Numbered from the stretch's first letter, positions 38,863-46,855 are shown. The stretch is DNA of 64,000 bases from an uncultured Candidatus Saccharibacteria bacterium (GCA_964483475.1 CAZAAH010000002.1:31641-95640), one strand, 5' to 3'. The notes: generated from the letters alone by a model not told the origin. Made by a program: numbers and translations.

Positions 38863-38891
38863 TTGACAAAACAATAAATGTGGTGTAGATT
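38863..38891 (+). promoter_or_regulatory. Sigma-70-type promoter for the plus-strand Nudix gene
   Basis: TTGACA-17 nt-TAGATT, with an AAGGAG SD upstream of the ATG at 38940. Confidence 0.5.
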
Positions 38892-38939
38892 ACAATTACT
38901 ACAGTATTTTTCCGTAGCACACTTCACAAGGAGACTGCC

Positions 38940-39659
38940 ATGCAAGAGCTTTTCGGATGGCCCGTGGTAAATGCACAAAACTGTTTTGATATTATCCGCC
39001 AACGCGGAATCTGCACTTGGCCACAAATCAAAGAGCAAGATATCAATAGTTACCTCGCCAATGGTACCGAAGCCCAAAAGTTAATCTGCGAACGATTTGG
39101 CCCAAAGGTTATTGTGGCAACCCACGAAAACCCTCACACCAAAAAGCCATTTGACGGGTTTAAGATAACTTCTAAGCCGTGTGCGATAGTATTCGCTCTC
39201 ATTGAAGACATGGTGCCTGTTACCGCAGAGTGGAAACATGGCAACAACCGCATCACCATTGTGCCTATAGCCGGGGTTCCTGGCAAAGAAGAAGAGCGTC
39301 TGCCTACGTTGGCAAAAAAAATGCAGGCCACCGCTTTAAGAGAGTGGCGTGAGGAAACTGGCACCGACCTGGCATCTGCAGAGCTCCTTGGGCCCAGAGA
39401 CGGGCTATTTTTCGAAGTCCGCAAAACGGACAGCTGTTATTTCCCGTTCCTGGGAAAAGTGAAAGAGCCCATTAAAAAGAGGCCTGCCAAGTTTGATGCA
39501 GAAGAGCATCTTGCCATGGTTGTTTTCCCACTCAAAGAGTGGGTTACACTCATTGAAACCCCAGAACTCTGGGATGGAAACCCAGATTTCGGTTTGGAGG
39601 GCGGCGCGCGCGACGTGACCTACGCCGCCCTGCGCAAACTTGGTCTTCTAGGGCTATAA
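38940..39659 (+). CDS. Nudix-family hydrolase, GC-rich, own promoter and terminator
   Basis: 239 aa with Nudix signature ALREWREETGT (REUxEExGU) preceded by GVPGKEEE. A hand count of 39241-39300 gives 33/60 G+C, against 9/60 for 38821-38880. Confidence 0.65.
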   Translation: MQELFGWPVVNAQNCFDIIRQRGICTWPQIKEQDINSYLANGTEAQKLICERFGPKVIVATHENPHTKKPFDGFKITSKPCAIVFALIEDMVPVTAEWKHGNNRITIVPIAGVPGKEEERLPTLAKKMQATALREWREETGTDLASAELLGPRDGLFFEVRKTDSCYFPFLGKVKEPIKKRPAKFDAEEHLAMVVFPLKEWVTLIETPELWDGNPDFGLEGGARDVTYAALRKLGLLGL

Positions 39660-39668
39660 ACCATACTG

Positions 39669-39711
39669 GCCCTGCCCCACACCAATCCATGGAGTGGCGC
39701 AGGGCTTTTTT
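39669..39711 (+). terminator. Rho-independent terminator
   Basis: A 12-bp GC-rich stem (gccctgccccac / gtggcgcagggc, one mismatch) is followed by tttttt. Confidence 0.8.
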
Positions 39712-39712
39712 C

Positions 39713-39741
39713 TTGTTTTCTTAGTGAGTTTTATCTATAAT
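39713..39741 (+). promoter_or_regulatory. Sigma-70-type promoter, apparently leaderless
   Basis: TTGTTT-17 nt-TATAAT, then only 7 nt before the ATG at 39749. Confidence 0.5.
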
Positions 39742-39748
39742 AAGAGCA

Positions 39749-41998
39749 ATGAAAGAAAATAATATCCAAGATAAACTATATTTAACTTACTTGATTGGAT
39801 TTTTTATTATATTGGCTCTCCCCATATTGGAATGGCCTCCTTATTTTTTTCCCCCGGACTGGGGCAAAACAATTGCATTTAAAATTTTATTTTCTGTTTT
39901 ATTGTTTTTGTTTTTATATCAAGTTCTTTGGAGAAAAACCCCTGGTTTATTCAGCAAAGTAAAAAAAATAAGTTTGCAGAATATTTCTTTTTGGTTTTTA
40001 ATTATATTATTTGCAGTTTATTTTTTGGCAACCATATTTTCAGCAGACATTAGATTCAGCCTGTTCGGCTCCCCTTACAGGGGTGGTGGATTTATAAGCT
40101 ACGGTTTTTACATACTTTTTGCCGCAATATCGTTTTTAATAATTAAAGAAAAAGATTGGCAGAAATTATGGGATTTTTCCATTTTGATTGGAGTATTAGT
40201 TTCTTTTGTAGCTCTTATTTCTTACTTCGGGCTTTTTAGCAGTGTTTTTATATCGCAAAAAGACCAACTGACTTCAACTCTCGGCGGTCCGAGTATTTTA
40301 GGGCTTTACATTTTAATTTTAGCTTTTCCGACTCTGGGATTTGCTATAAAAGAAAAAAACAGAGTTAAAAAAATATTATATTTTTTGTCATTTTTGCTTT
40401 TTTGCTGGATAATTCTGCTGACTATCAGCCAAGGAGCATATCTGGGATTAGGAGTTGGAGCTTTATACTTTTTATTTTTTTATCCAGCCAAAGAATTTAA
40501 AAAATCTCTTTATGCAAAATTGGGAATTGTAATTTTATTAACGTTGGCGGTAGTTTCTATTTTATTCGTAAAATACCATCCAGAAAACAGTTTAAATAAA
40601 AATTATTTATTTCAAACCCTTTCTAATTGGCATATGGATCAGTCGCGAATTTCGGCCTGGAAAGTTTCTTGGCAAGCTTTTTTACATCGGCCGATTTTGG
40701 GTTATGGCCCCGAAAACTTTTCAGTTGGATTTGATAAGTACTATGATCCTTCCCTGCCTTTAATACAAAGAAGCCCAAATACTTTTAGCAGTTGGTGGGA
40801 CCGACCCCATAATTTTATATTAAATATTTTATCTGATGCAGGAATACTGGGTTTAATTTCTTTTTCCTTATTATTTGGCTTTATATTTTTTCAACTTTAT
40901 AAAATAGAGGATAAATTGATTGGCCACGGACTTCAGGGCGCCTTGGTTGCTTATTTTGCCGACACTTTTTTTAATTTTGACAGCTTTTCTTCTTTTATAA
41001 TTTTATTTTTAATAATCGGCTATTCTATGAGCCTGATAATCAAGGAACAACCTGAAAAATCAGCCGAAAATTACAGAGAAAATTTTATTTTCAAAAATAA
41101 AAAGGTAGTAATTGCTTTTTCATTTTTACTTTTAATTTATTTTATATGGTTTTTAAACATAGTGCCTTTAAAAGTAAACGCTCAAATTAACAAAGCTCAG
41201 TACTTCAGTGATGAAAAAAACTGCGACCAAGCTTTAACCATAATGGATAAAACAACTGACCAACACAGCATAATTGACGGATACTTAAGATTAAAATATG
41301 TTGACTTTTTAAGGCAGTGCTCCAACGTTAATCCGGAAAATGAATTGGCTTATGCAAAAAAGGGTATTGATTTAATGAAGGAAAATATTAATTTAATACC
41401 CAATTACACCAGAAACTGGCTTATTCTTGGAGCTTTTGAAAATGTGCTAATAGCCGCAGAGACAAATCCAGAAAATAAAAAATTATTAATTGACGAAACA
41501 GAAAAATACTTCCAAAAAGCTTATGAACTGAGTCCCAAAAGGCAGGAAGTTTTTATAGAATGGATTAAAAAAGATTTAGTTTCTGGAGATTATCAAAAGG
41601 CTCTGGATAAATCACAAATATGCATAAATTTAAATCAAAAGCTTCCCGAATGCTATTGGTTGAGAGGGGTGACTCAAATTTATCTTAACAAAATAGATGA
41701 TGCCAAAAAATCCTTGCAGCTATCTATTGACAATGGTTTTGACGGCAACCAAGATATTGCCTCGCTTAACCAGCTTGCCAACGCCTACGCGTTTTCCAAA
41801 AACTATGCAGAGCTTGTGACAACCTACGAAAAAATAGTGGTAATCAGCGACTTGCCCCAATATCGGGCTTCGTTAGCTTTTGCTTATAGAGAAATCGGCC
41901 AGTATAAAAAGGCAAGGGAAATGGCATTAATTTTTTTAAAATTAATGCCGGAAGCCAAAAATGAAGTTGACGCCTTTTTAAGAACCCTACCCCAGTAG
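39749..41998 (+). CDS. Wzy_C / O-antigen-ligase-family polytopic membrane protein fused to C-terminal TPR repeats
   Basis: 749 aa. The first ~480 aa contain many TM helices and the motifs SQGAYLGLGVGALY, RISAWKVSWQAFLHRPILGYGPENF and RPHNFILNILSDAGILGL. The last ~270 aa are TPR-like (AYELSPKRQE..., YEKIVVISDLPQYRASLAFAYREIGQYKKA). Confidence 0.75.
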   Translation: MKENNIQDKLYLTYLIGFFIILALPILEWPPYFFPPDWGKTIAFKILFSVLLFLFLYQVLWRKTPGLFSKVKKISLQNISFWFLIILFAVYFLATIFSADIRFSLFGSPYRGGGFISYGFYILFAAISFLIIKEKDWQKLWDFSILIGVLVSFVALISYFGLFSSVFISQKDQLTSTLGGPSILGLYILILAFPTLGFAIKEKNRVKKILYFLSFLLFCWIILLTISQGAYLGLGVGALYFLFFYPAKEFKKSLYAKLGIVILLTLAVVSILFVKYHPENSLNKNYLFQTLSNWHMDQSRISAWKVSWQAFLHRPILGYGPENFSVGFDKYYDPSLPLIQRSPNTFSSWWDRPHNFILNILSDAGILGLISFSLLFGFIFFQLYKIEDKLIGHGLQGALVAYFADTFFNFDSFSSFIILFLIIGYSMSLIIKEQPEKSAENYRENFIFKNKKVVIAFSFLLLIYFIWFLNIVPLKVNAQINKAQYFSDEKNCDQALTIMDKTTDQHSIIDGYLRLKYVDFLRQCSNVNPENELAYAKKGIDLMKENINLIPNYTRNWLILGAFENVLIAAETNPENKKLLIDETEKYFQKAYELSPKRQEVFIEWIKKDLVSGDYQKALDKSQICINLNQKLPECYWLRGVTQIYLNKIDDAKKSLQLSIDNGFDGNQDIASLNQLANAYAFSKNYAELVTTYEKIVVISDLPQYRASLAFAYREIGQYKKAREMALIFLKLMPEAKNEVDAFLRTLPQ

Positions 41999-42013
41999 AA
42001 CAAAAACCATCCA

Positions 42014-43030
42014 CTACTGTTTTTGCTTATAATAACTATCAACTTCTTTATAAGTTATACTTGAAATATTTTTTATAATGTTTTCCAAAGTTGAAACATT
42101 TGACGAAGAACTTTTTGTCATAATGCAAAGAAGATAAGGGTTTTGCGGGTGATAAACAATTCCGCAATCGTGAAGTTCTCTCCCTTTGACGGAATTTTGC
42201 CCGTCAAAAATAGTTTCTAATCCAAACTTATGGGAAGAAACTACTCCATTGGGAATTCCGGCAACAATGCCGTTTTTATAATCTGCCTGACTTAATAATC
42301 TAAGTAATTTTTCAGACAACTCATTGGTAAGATAAGTAGAATTATATAAAACCCTGAAAAAGTATGAAACATCTCTTGTTTTAATAAAATCATTTGTCTT
42401 TGAGAATTCAGCATCTGCTGGAATGTCAATTTGCAAATCATTGTACAATAGTTTTAAGGTATCGAGTCCCAAAAATTTAATAAGTTCCGCCGTAGAGTTG
42501 TTATCCGAATACTTAATCATTGTTTCAATGAGCTGGTTTATCGTATAGGTTTCACCAATTTTTAATGATTCTTTGGGCGGAATTTCTGCTCCCGAATTGT
42601 AATCAACCTTTCCGTTGTAAGTAATCTTTTCAGAAAGAACTTGAGGGTATGACTCTGCTACTCTGTACAAAGCAATTGCGACTGGCAACTTGCCGATGCT
42701 TGAGGGATGGAATTTCTCATCTGGGTTTATCGTGATGCGACCATCAGTTTTAAAGTCTTGAAAATAGATGGAAACACTGTCCACATTCCCTGAAGCTTTT
42801 TCATTGTTGATGTAGCCGGTTAACTTACCATTAAGAACCTTCAACTCGGGATATTCTTTCTGGTTGCTGGTATCGCATACCAACAGGGGCTTTACAAATT
42901 CAAATCCCGAAACCCTTAAGGGAGAAGACCTGAATGTTTCCGTAAAAAAAGTTTTGTTCACCCACCAACCGCCAACAAAACCGATGAGGATAAGCAGAAC
43001 AATGGCTATAACTTTAAAAACTGTTTTCAT
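42014..43030 (-). CDS. Membrane-anchored class A beta-lactamase-like serine hydrolase
   Basis: 338 aa with an N-terminal TM helix, SxxK (SSIGK), SDN (YSDNNS) and a KxG-like motif (HKFG). Confidence 0.6.
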   Translation of the reverse strand: MKTVFKVIAIVLLILIGFVGGWWVNKTFFTETFRSSPLRVSGFEFVKPLLVCDTSNQKEYPELKVLNGKLTGYINNEKASGNVDSVSIYFQDFKTDGRITINPDEKFHPSSIGKLPVAIALYRVAESYPQVLSEKITYNGKVDYNSGAEIPPKESLKIGETYTINQLIETMIKYSDNNSTAELIKFLGLDTLKLLYNDLQIDIPADAEFSKTNDFIKTRDVSYFFRVLYNSTYLTNELSEKLLRLLSQADYKNGIVAGIPNGVVSSHKFGLETIFDGQNSVKGRELHDCGIVYHPQNPYLLCIMTKSSSSNVSTLENIIKNISSITYKEVDSYYKQKQ

Positions 43031-43036
43031 TTGCCA

Positions 43037-43046
43037 ATTATAACAA
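43037..43046 (-). promoter_or_regulatory. Extended -10 promoter (TGTTATAAT), apparently leaderless
   Basis: The minus strand reads cttgTTATAAT, then 6 nt (tggcaa), then the ATG at 43030. Confidence 0.45.
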
Positions 43047-43086
43047 GAAAACCAAAAAGGCGCCAGTTGGCGCCTTTTTGGTTTTC
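43047..43086 (-). terminator. Strong terminator of the surface-protein gene
   Basis: Perfect 18-bp inverted repeat gaaaaccaaaaaggcgcc / ggcgcctttttggttttc with a 4-nt loop, 47 nt after the stop at 43133. Confidence 0.85.
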
Positions 43087-43132
43087 TTCAATAGCTAGCC
43101 ACAAGCAGGCTAAAGAAGGTTTATTACAGAAT

Positions 43133-46100
43133 TTACTGGGCAGCAATACCAATTGCACCTAATGGAGTGTTGTTAATCAAGTATCCATTAAACCAATCGC
43201 CCGAGGTAGTGGCAGAATCTGTCGCATCATGGGACGTGGCTGAGAAATCAGACCAGATGATGTTAGCAGAGTATTTGTTTGCGTTTGCTGTACCTGTGGC
43301 GGCTGTATTGGCATCGTTAGCTGAAGTGAACAATGTCTGGATAGCTTTGTTTCCCGATCCATCCAGATAGTAGTGGTTCACATCGCTTCCGAGTGTTTGA
43401 GCACTGGAAGCTGGGGCGGAATCGGTTGGCAAGCTGGTTGAAACTGAGTCAGCTCCCGATGTGCCATTTGCAAAGCTTCCTGTGGTTGGTGTTGCCTGCA
43501 AGGTATAGCTGTATGTTTGACCGGCTGGGATTGTTTCTGCCGGGTAGAATACTACTACTACAGGTCCAGTTCCAATGGTTGTTGACCCAGTGATATCGGT
43601 GCCTGACGAATTTACGATGGCAACCGCACCGGCCTGTGTCAAATCAGTACTTCCTCTGAAGAACTTAAAGGTGCTTAATGAGGTTGCGGTTCCATTAATA
43701 TTGTTGGTAGTTAATGTGAACTGCAACTGTCTTAGAGCCACTTGTCCGCTCGAAGGAGCGCTGACCGAGAAGTTATAGAGGCTAGTTGTTGAACCAGAAG
43801 TTAAGTTGCTCCTTTGGTCTCCCACTGAACCGACCGTGAAGGTAGGAACTGTCTTGTAGACATAGACATAGTTTCCGGCTGAGGTTCCTGTGGTAGAGCC
43901 GGCAATCGTGGTACCCGAGTCAGTTGAAAGCAAGGTTCCTGAACCAGCGTCGTGCATGGTTCCAGAACTATTGATTGCCTTCATATAAGCCAGGGTAACT
44001 GCAACGTTCTTACCAGTTGTTACAACGGTGCCATTGGTGGATGGAGTCACCAAGCTGAATGAAATTGACAATACTTTGTTTGTATTGGGTGGCACCTGAA
44101 CACCCAGTCCCGTGAAGTAGAAGTTGTTGTTGGCTGAACTAAACGGAACTGTGCCCAGGGCAGACGAACCATCATAAAGGGTGGCGTTGTTAATCACGGC
44201 TCCATTGTTGTTTTGAACCGTGAACTTCAACTCATTGATTGTGTAGGTATCGTTTACTGCGACAAATTTAAACTTGCCTGTTATAACAGATTGCCCACCG
44301 GCTACTGTCATGTTCAACGGAGTTGCGTCGTCAACTACGCCGTTGATGGTTCCCGTTGCAGAAGTAATAGTCTGGCCCGCCAGCACCGCGTTGCTGTTGG
44401 TGTTGACTGATGTTCCAGAGCTTACCGTGGTTCCTGTAACCAACACTGAAGCTGCAACTTGAGACCCAGAGAATGCCGAAGACAAATCTCCAAATACCAT
44501 CAAATCAATGGTCTGGCCAGAAGCCAATTGAGCATTAATTGAATAGGTTGTGCTGGTACCAGGAGTTGAAGTAGTAGTGGTTTTATTGTTCCCATACTGC
44601 ACATACATGTTTGAAGTGACAGAGTTTGATGAGAAGAAAGTGCCAAGGTCAACTCTGATGCTGCTAAGATTTATTGCTTCTTGTGTGGCAGCAGTCAAAG
44701 TGAAATGGGCAAGCTTGAAGTTGGTTGCCGGAGGAACAATGGTCTGGTTGGTGTAAGCTGTATACTTAGACAAAGTCAAGCTTCCAGCCCTAACCGACAA
44801 AACATTTGCGGTAACATTTGCGGCTGGAATCGTCACGGTTGTCAAAGACACTTGTCCCTGTCCGTTTCCAGTTGCTCCTGTATTAATTTGAGCTTGCAAA
44901 GTATCGGTATTAGCAACCAAAGCCGTTGAATCGTTTGAAGAAATATCAGCCCTTACCTCCAAAGTTACTGGGCTTCCCGGATTGACAATCAACGAAGAAC
45001 CCAAGCTATAACTTGTATATCCAAGGGTTGAGTTAGTAGTGCAATTCAAGGTCGAAGTGCTTCCAACTTGTATCCCATTGGCGTACAAAGCTCCATTTTT
45101 CAAACCGGAATTGCTAGCGCTATGACCCGCTGGGCAAATAACTGAAGCTCTCAAAGTGTCAATTTTCACCGGCTCGCCAGATGCGGTAAGGGTAAATCTT
45201 CCCAATACTGCATTTGAAGCAGTATTGACAATATCTCCTGATGGAGTATTGACGGCTTTTTGCAGAGTAACCACTCCAGAGGCGATTGTTTCTGTTCCAG
45301 CTGTTGCCGGGAAACTGCCCCCTGATACGGTTGCCAATATATTGGCTCCATATTGCGTGTCAACTACATTTAAGTCAGCGGCTACTCTCAATGAGAATAT
45401 GAAGTTCCTATTTGAACCTCCGATGACATCGGCCAGGGCTTTGATGTCGCGGGTGCCGGTCTGTAATGTTACCGGGCTGGCCGTCAAATCAAAGGTGACA
45501 TATCCGTTTGAATCTAAGTTAGCGACTGCTGAACCGACTTGAACCCCATCAATGTATAATCTGAAGTTCTTTAGGTCAGTAGAGTTGTTAACGCTTCCAG
45601 TCTGCCTCAACCTTAACCAGTTTAACTTCACTGATCTGGTTGAAACGACAGTAAGGTTTTCCCAAATCACCGTGTCATTCAATGGCTGAATGGTGGCTGT
45701 GGTAGGAGTAGTTGTGGTTGCCAAGACAACGGTTGCCATGGTAGCTGAAGCTGAAGTCATCAGGTTACCCCTTACTGGAAAAGAACCGTTAACGCTACTG
45801 GCGTTTGATGTAACATCAGATGCGGCGTTAATAGATACTCCCAAGGTAATGCTGGTGCTTGCAGACAAATCAGCATAGACTGCAATGGTTTTTGAACTTC
45901 CCGAATTTACGGAGAAGATACCGTTTGGATAATTAAAGTTGATTATTCCCTGAGAAACGGTAGCCGCGTCTGTTAATCGGTTGGCTCCATTAAACAGGTA
46001 AACGTTTACTAAATCGGAATCTGCGGAAACTCCAAGCCTGGTTAATTTCAGGTTGGTTACGGTTACCGTGGCATTATCCCCATTGGTAAACGTAAAGTCT

Positions 46101-46588
46101 GCCAAATGAGCCAATGCTTGACTGGCAACAACGGTTCCTGCAGCTGGGTTGCTTGAAGCTAAAGCTACCGTTAATCCAGCTCCCGTTGGAGTTGGGGTAG
46201 GCGTTGGGGTTGGTGTTGGTGTTGGTAATGGTGATCCGCTTAGCCATGCGTTCAAGGCTGCCCTTGTTAAAGGACCTACCTGATGTGCTGGCAAAATCCC
46301 ATTGGCCCTCTGGAAGCTGTGAACAGCTAACAATGTTTTTGCACCAAAGTAAGTTGTTTCGTTTCCAGACGAACCTGCTCCTGTTGCCGCAACAACATAT
46401 CCATTTGCATTAAGGACTGCTTGCAAGCATTTTACATCGGCGCCTCTTGAACCGACCTTCAAATTTCTGGTAAATGTAATTCCAGAACAAACTGAAGGCA
46501 CGGTTACTGCACCAGCCAAAACAGGAGCAATTAAGCCAACCATAGTCAAAGCAACTGCGGTTGTTATAATTGTTTGTTTTATAGTCAT
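43133..46588 (-). CDS. Large secreted, peptidoglycan-anchored modular surface protein (S-layer-like)
   Basis: 1151 aa with a Sec signal (…APVLAGA/VTV) and a PG_binding_1-like module (GSRGADVKCLQAVLNANGY…GPLTRAALNAWL). A (PT)7 linker follows, then ~1000 aa rich in T/S/N/G/A/V containing about 6 recurring beta-module signatures. The gene is GC-richer than its flanks. Confidence 0.7.
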   Translation of the reverse strand: MTIKQTIITTAVALTMVGLIAPVLAGAVTVPSVCSGITFTRNLKVGSRGADVKCLQAVLNANGYVVAATGAGSSGNETTYFGAKTLLAVHSFQRANGILPAHQVGPLTRAALNAWLSGSPLPTPTPTPTPTPTPTGAGLTVALASSNPAAGTVVASQALAHLADFTFTNGDNATVTVTNLKLTRLGVSADSDLVNVYLFNGANRLTDAATVSQGIINFNYPNGIFSVNSGSSKTIAVYADLSASTSITLGVSINAASDVTSNASSVNGSFPVRGNLMTSASATMATVVLATTTTPTTATIQPLNDTVIWENLTVVSTRSVKLNWLRLRQTGSVNNSTDLKNFRLYIDGVQVGSAVANLDSNGYVTFDLTASPVTLQTGTRDIKALADVIGGSNRNFIFSLRVAADLNVVDTQYGANILATVSGGSFPATAGTETIASGVVTLQKAVNTPSGDIVNTASNAVLGRFTLTASGEPVKIDTLRASVICPAGHSASNSGLKNGALYANGIQVGSTSTLNCTTNSTLGYTSYSLGSSLIVNPGSPVTLEVRADISSNDSTALVANTDTLQAQINTGATGNGQGQVSLTTVTIPAANVTANVLSVRAGSLTLSKYTAYTNQTIVPPATNFKLAHFTLTAATQEAINLSSIRVDLGTFFSSNSVTSNMYVQYGNNKTTTTSTPGTSTTYSINAQLASGQTIDLMVFGDLSSAFSGSQVAASVLVTGTTVSSGTSVNTNSNAVLAGQTITSATGTINGVVDDATPLNMTVAGGQSVITGKFKFVAVNDTYTINELKFTVQNNNGAVINNATLYDGSSALGTVPFSSANNNFYFTGLGVQVPPNTNKVLSISFSLVTPSTNGTVVTTGKNVAVTLAYMKAINSSGTMHDAGSGTLLSTDSGTTIAGSTTGTSAGNYVYVYKTVPTFTVGSVGDQRSNLTSGSTTSLYNFSVSAPSSGQVALRQLQFTLTTNNINGTATSLSTFKFFRGSTDLTQAGAVAIVNSSGTDITGSTTIGTGPVVVVFYPAETIPAGQTYSYTLQATPTTGSFANGTSGADSVSTSLPTDSAPASSAQTLGSDVNHYYLDGSGNKAIQTLFTSANDANTAATGTANANKYSANIIWSDFSATSHDATDSATTSGDWFNGYLINNTPLGAIGIAAQ
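46184..46225 (-). repeat. (Pro-Thr)7 linker encoded by an imperfect hexanucleotide repeat
   Basis: Protein residues 122-135 are PTPTPTPTPTPTPT. The plus-strand DNA reads cgttggagttggggtaggcgttggggttggtgttggtgttgg. Confidence 0.9.
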
Positions 46589-46800
46589 TTTTTTGTTAAT
46601 TTTTGTTTTTAGTTAATATTTTCGACTAATTACTACCATCGATCGACCCTTTGTCTAGTTAAATCCCCAGAATGTCGGGCGTCCGCAAAGCGGACTCAAA
46701 ATAGAGACTTGTTGCGAAATAAACTTCGTAACGAGTCTGATGAATTTCGCGGTTTTACGTAATAACAACGAACCTCATTTTTTGGGTTCACTCCGCGAAC
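46589..46800 (-). promoter_or_regulatory. Long (~200 nt) hairpin-rich 5' leader of the surface-protein gene
   Basis: Hairpins lie at 46681-46695 (gtccgc-aaa-gcggac), 46705-46738 (14-bp stem), 46770-46789, and a long-range pair 46746-46752 / 46793-46799. No SD is seen before the ATG. Confidence 0.4.
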
Positions 46801-46829
46801 TATTTAACCAGAACTAAGCGACTTGTCAA
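46801..46829 (-). promoter_or_regulatory. Sigma-70-type promoter of the surface-protein gene
   Basis: The minus strand reads TTGACA-17 nt-TAAATA. Confidence 0.55.
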
Positions 46830-46855
46830 TTTTAAAAAATATATAAAATAAATTA

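Noticed and set aside
38835-39077. The 80-aa minus-strand ORF spanning the divergent promoter region and the start of the Nudix gene.
   Set aside because: It overlaps a plus-strand gene that has an SD, a promoter and a Nudix signature, and it has no features of its own.
43167-46413. Numerous 60-130-aa plus-strand ORFs inside the surface-protein gene.
   Set aside because: They are antisense to a 1151-aa ORF with a signal peptide and recognisable domains. GC-rich, stop-poor antisense frames are expected there. The same reasoning applies to antisense ORFs such as 1987-2388, 6717-7229, 24735-25184, 31672-32100 and 38432-38866.
43133-46588. A diversity-generating retroelement or phase-variable cassette acting on the surface protein.
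   Set aside because: I noticed no reverse transcriptase, no template repeat elsewhere in the window and no invertible-segment inverted repeats. The internal modules are too divergent at the DNA level.
43133-46588. PglB-type N-linked glycosylation, suggested by the many N-x-S/T triplets.
   Set aside because: No STT3/PglB homolog is in the window. Most triplets lack the acidic -2 residue required by bacterial PglB, and high Asn/Ser/Thr content generates such triplets by chance. O-linkage via the Wzy_C-family protein is the more economical hypothesis.
46620-46800. The structured intergenic region as a known housekeeping RNA (SRP RNA, RNase P RNA, tmRNA, 6S).
   Set aside because: I could not find the conserved signature sequences, for example the GAGGAAAGUCC-type RNase P motif or the SRP domain IV motif. 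The position between a promoter and a highly expressed gene fits an mRNA leader better.
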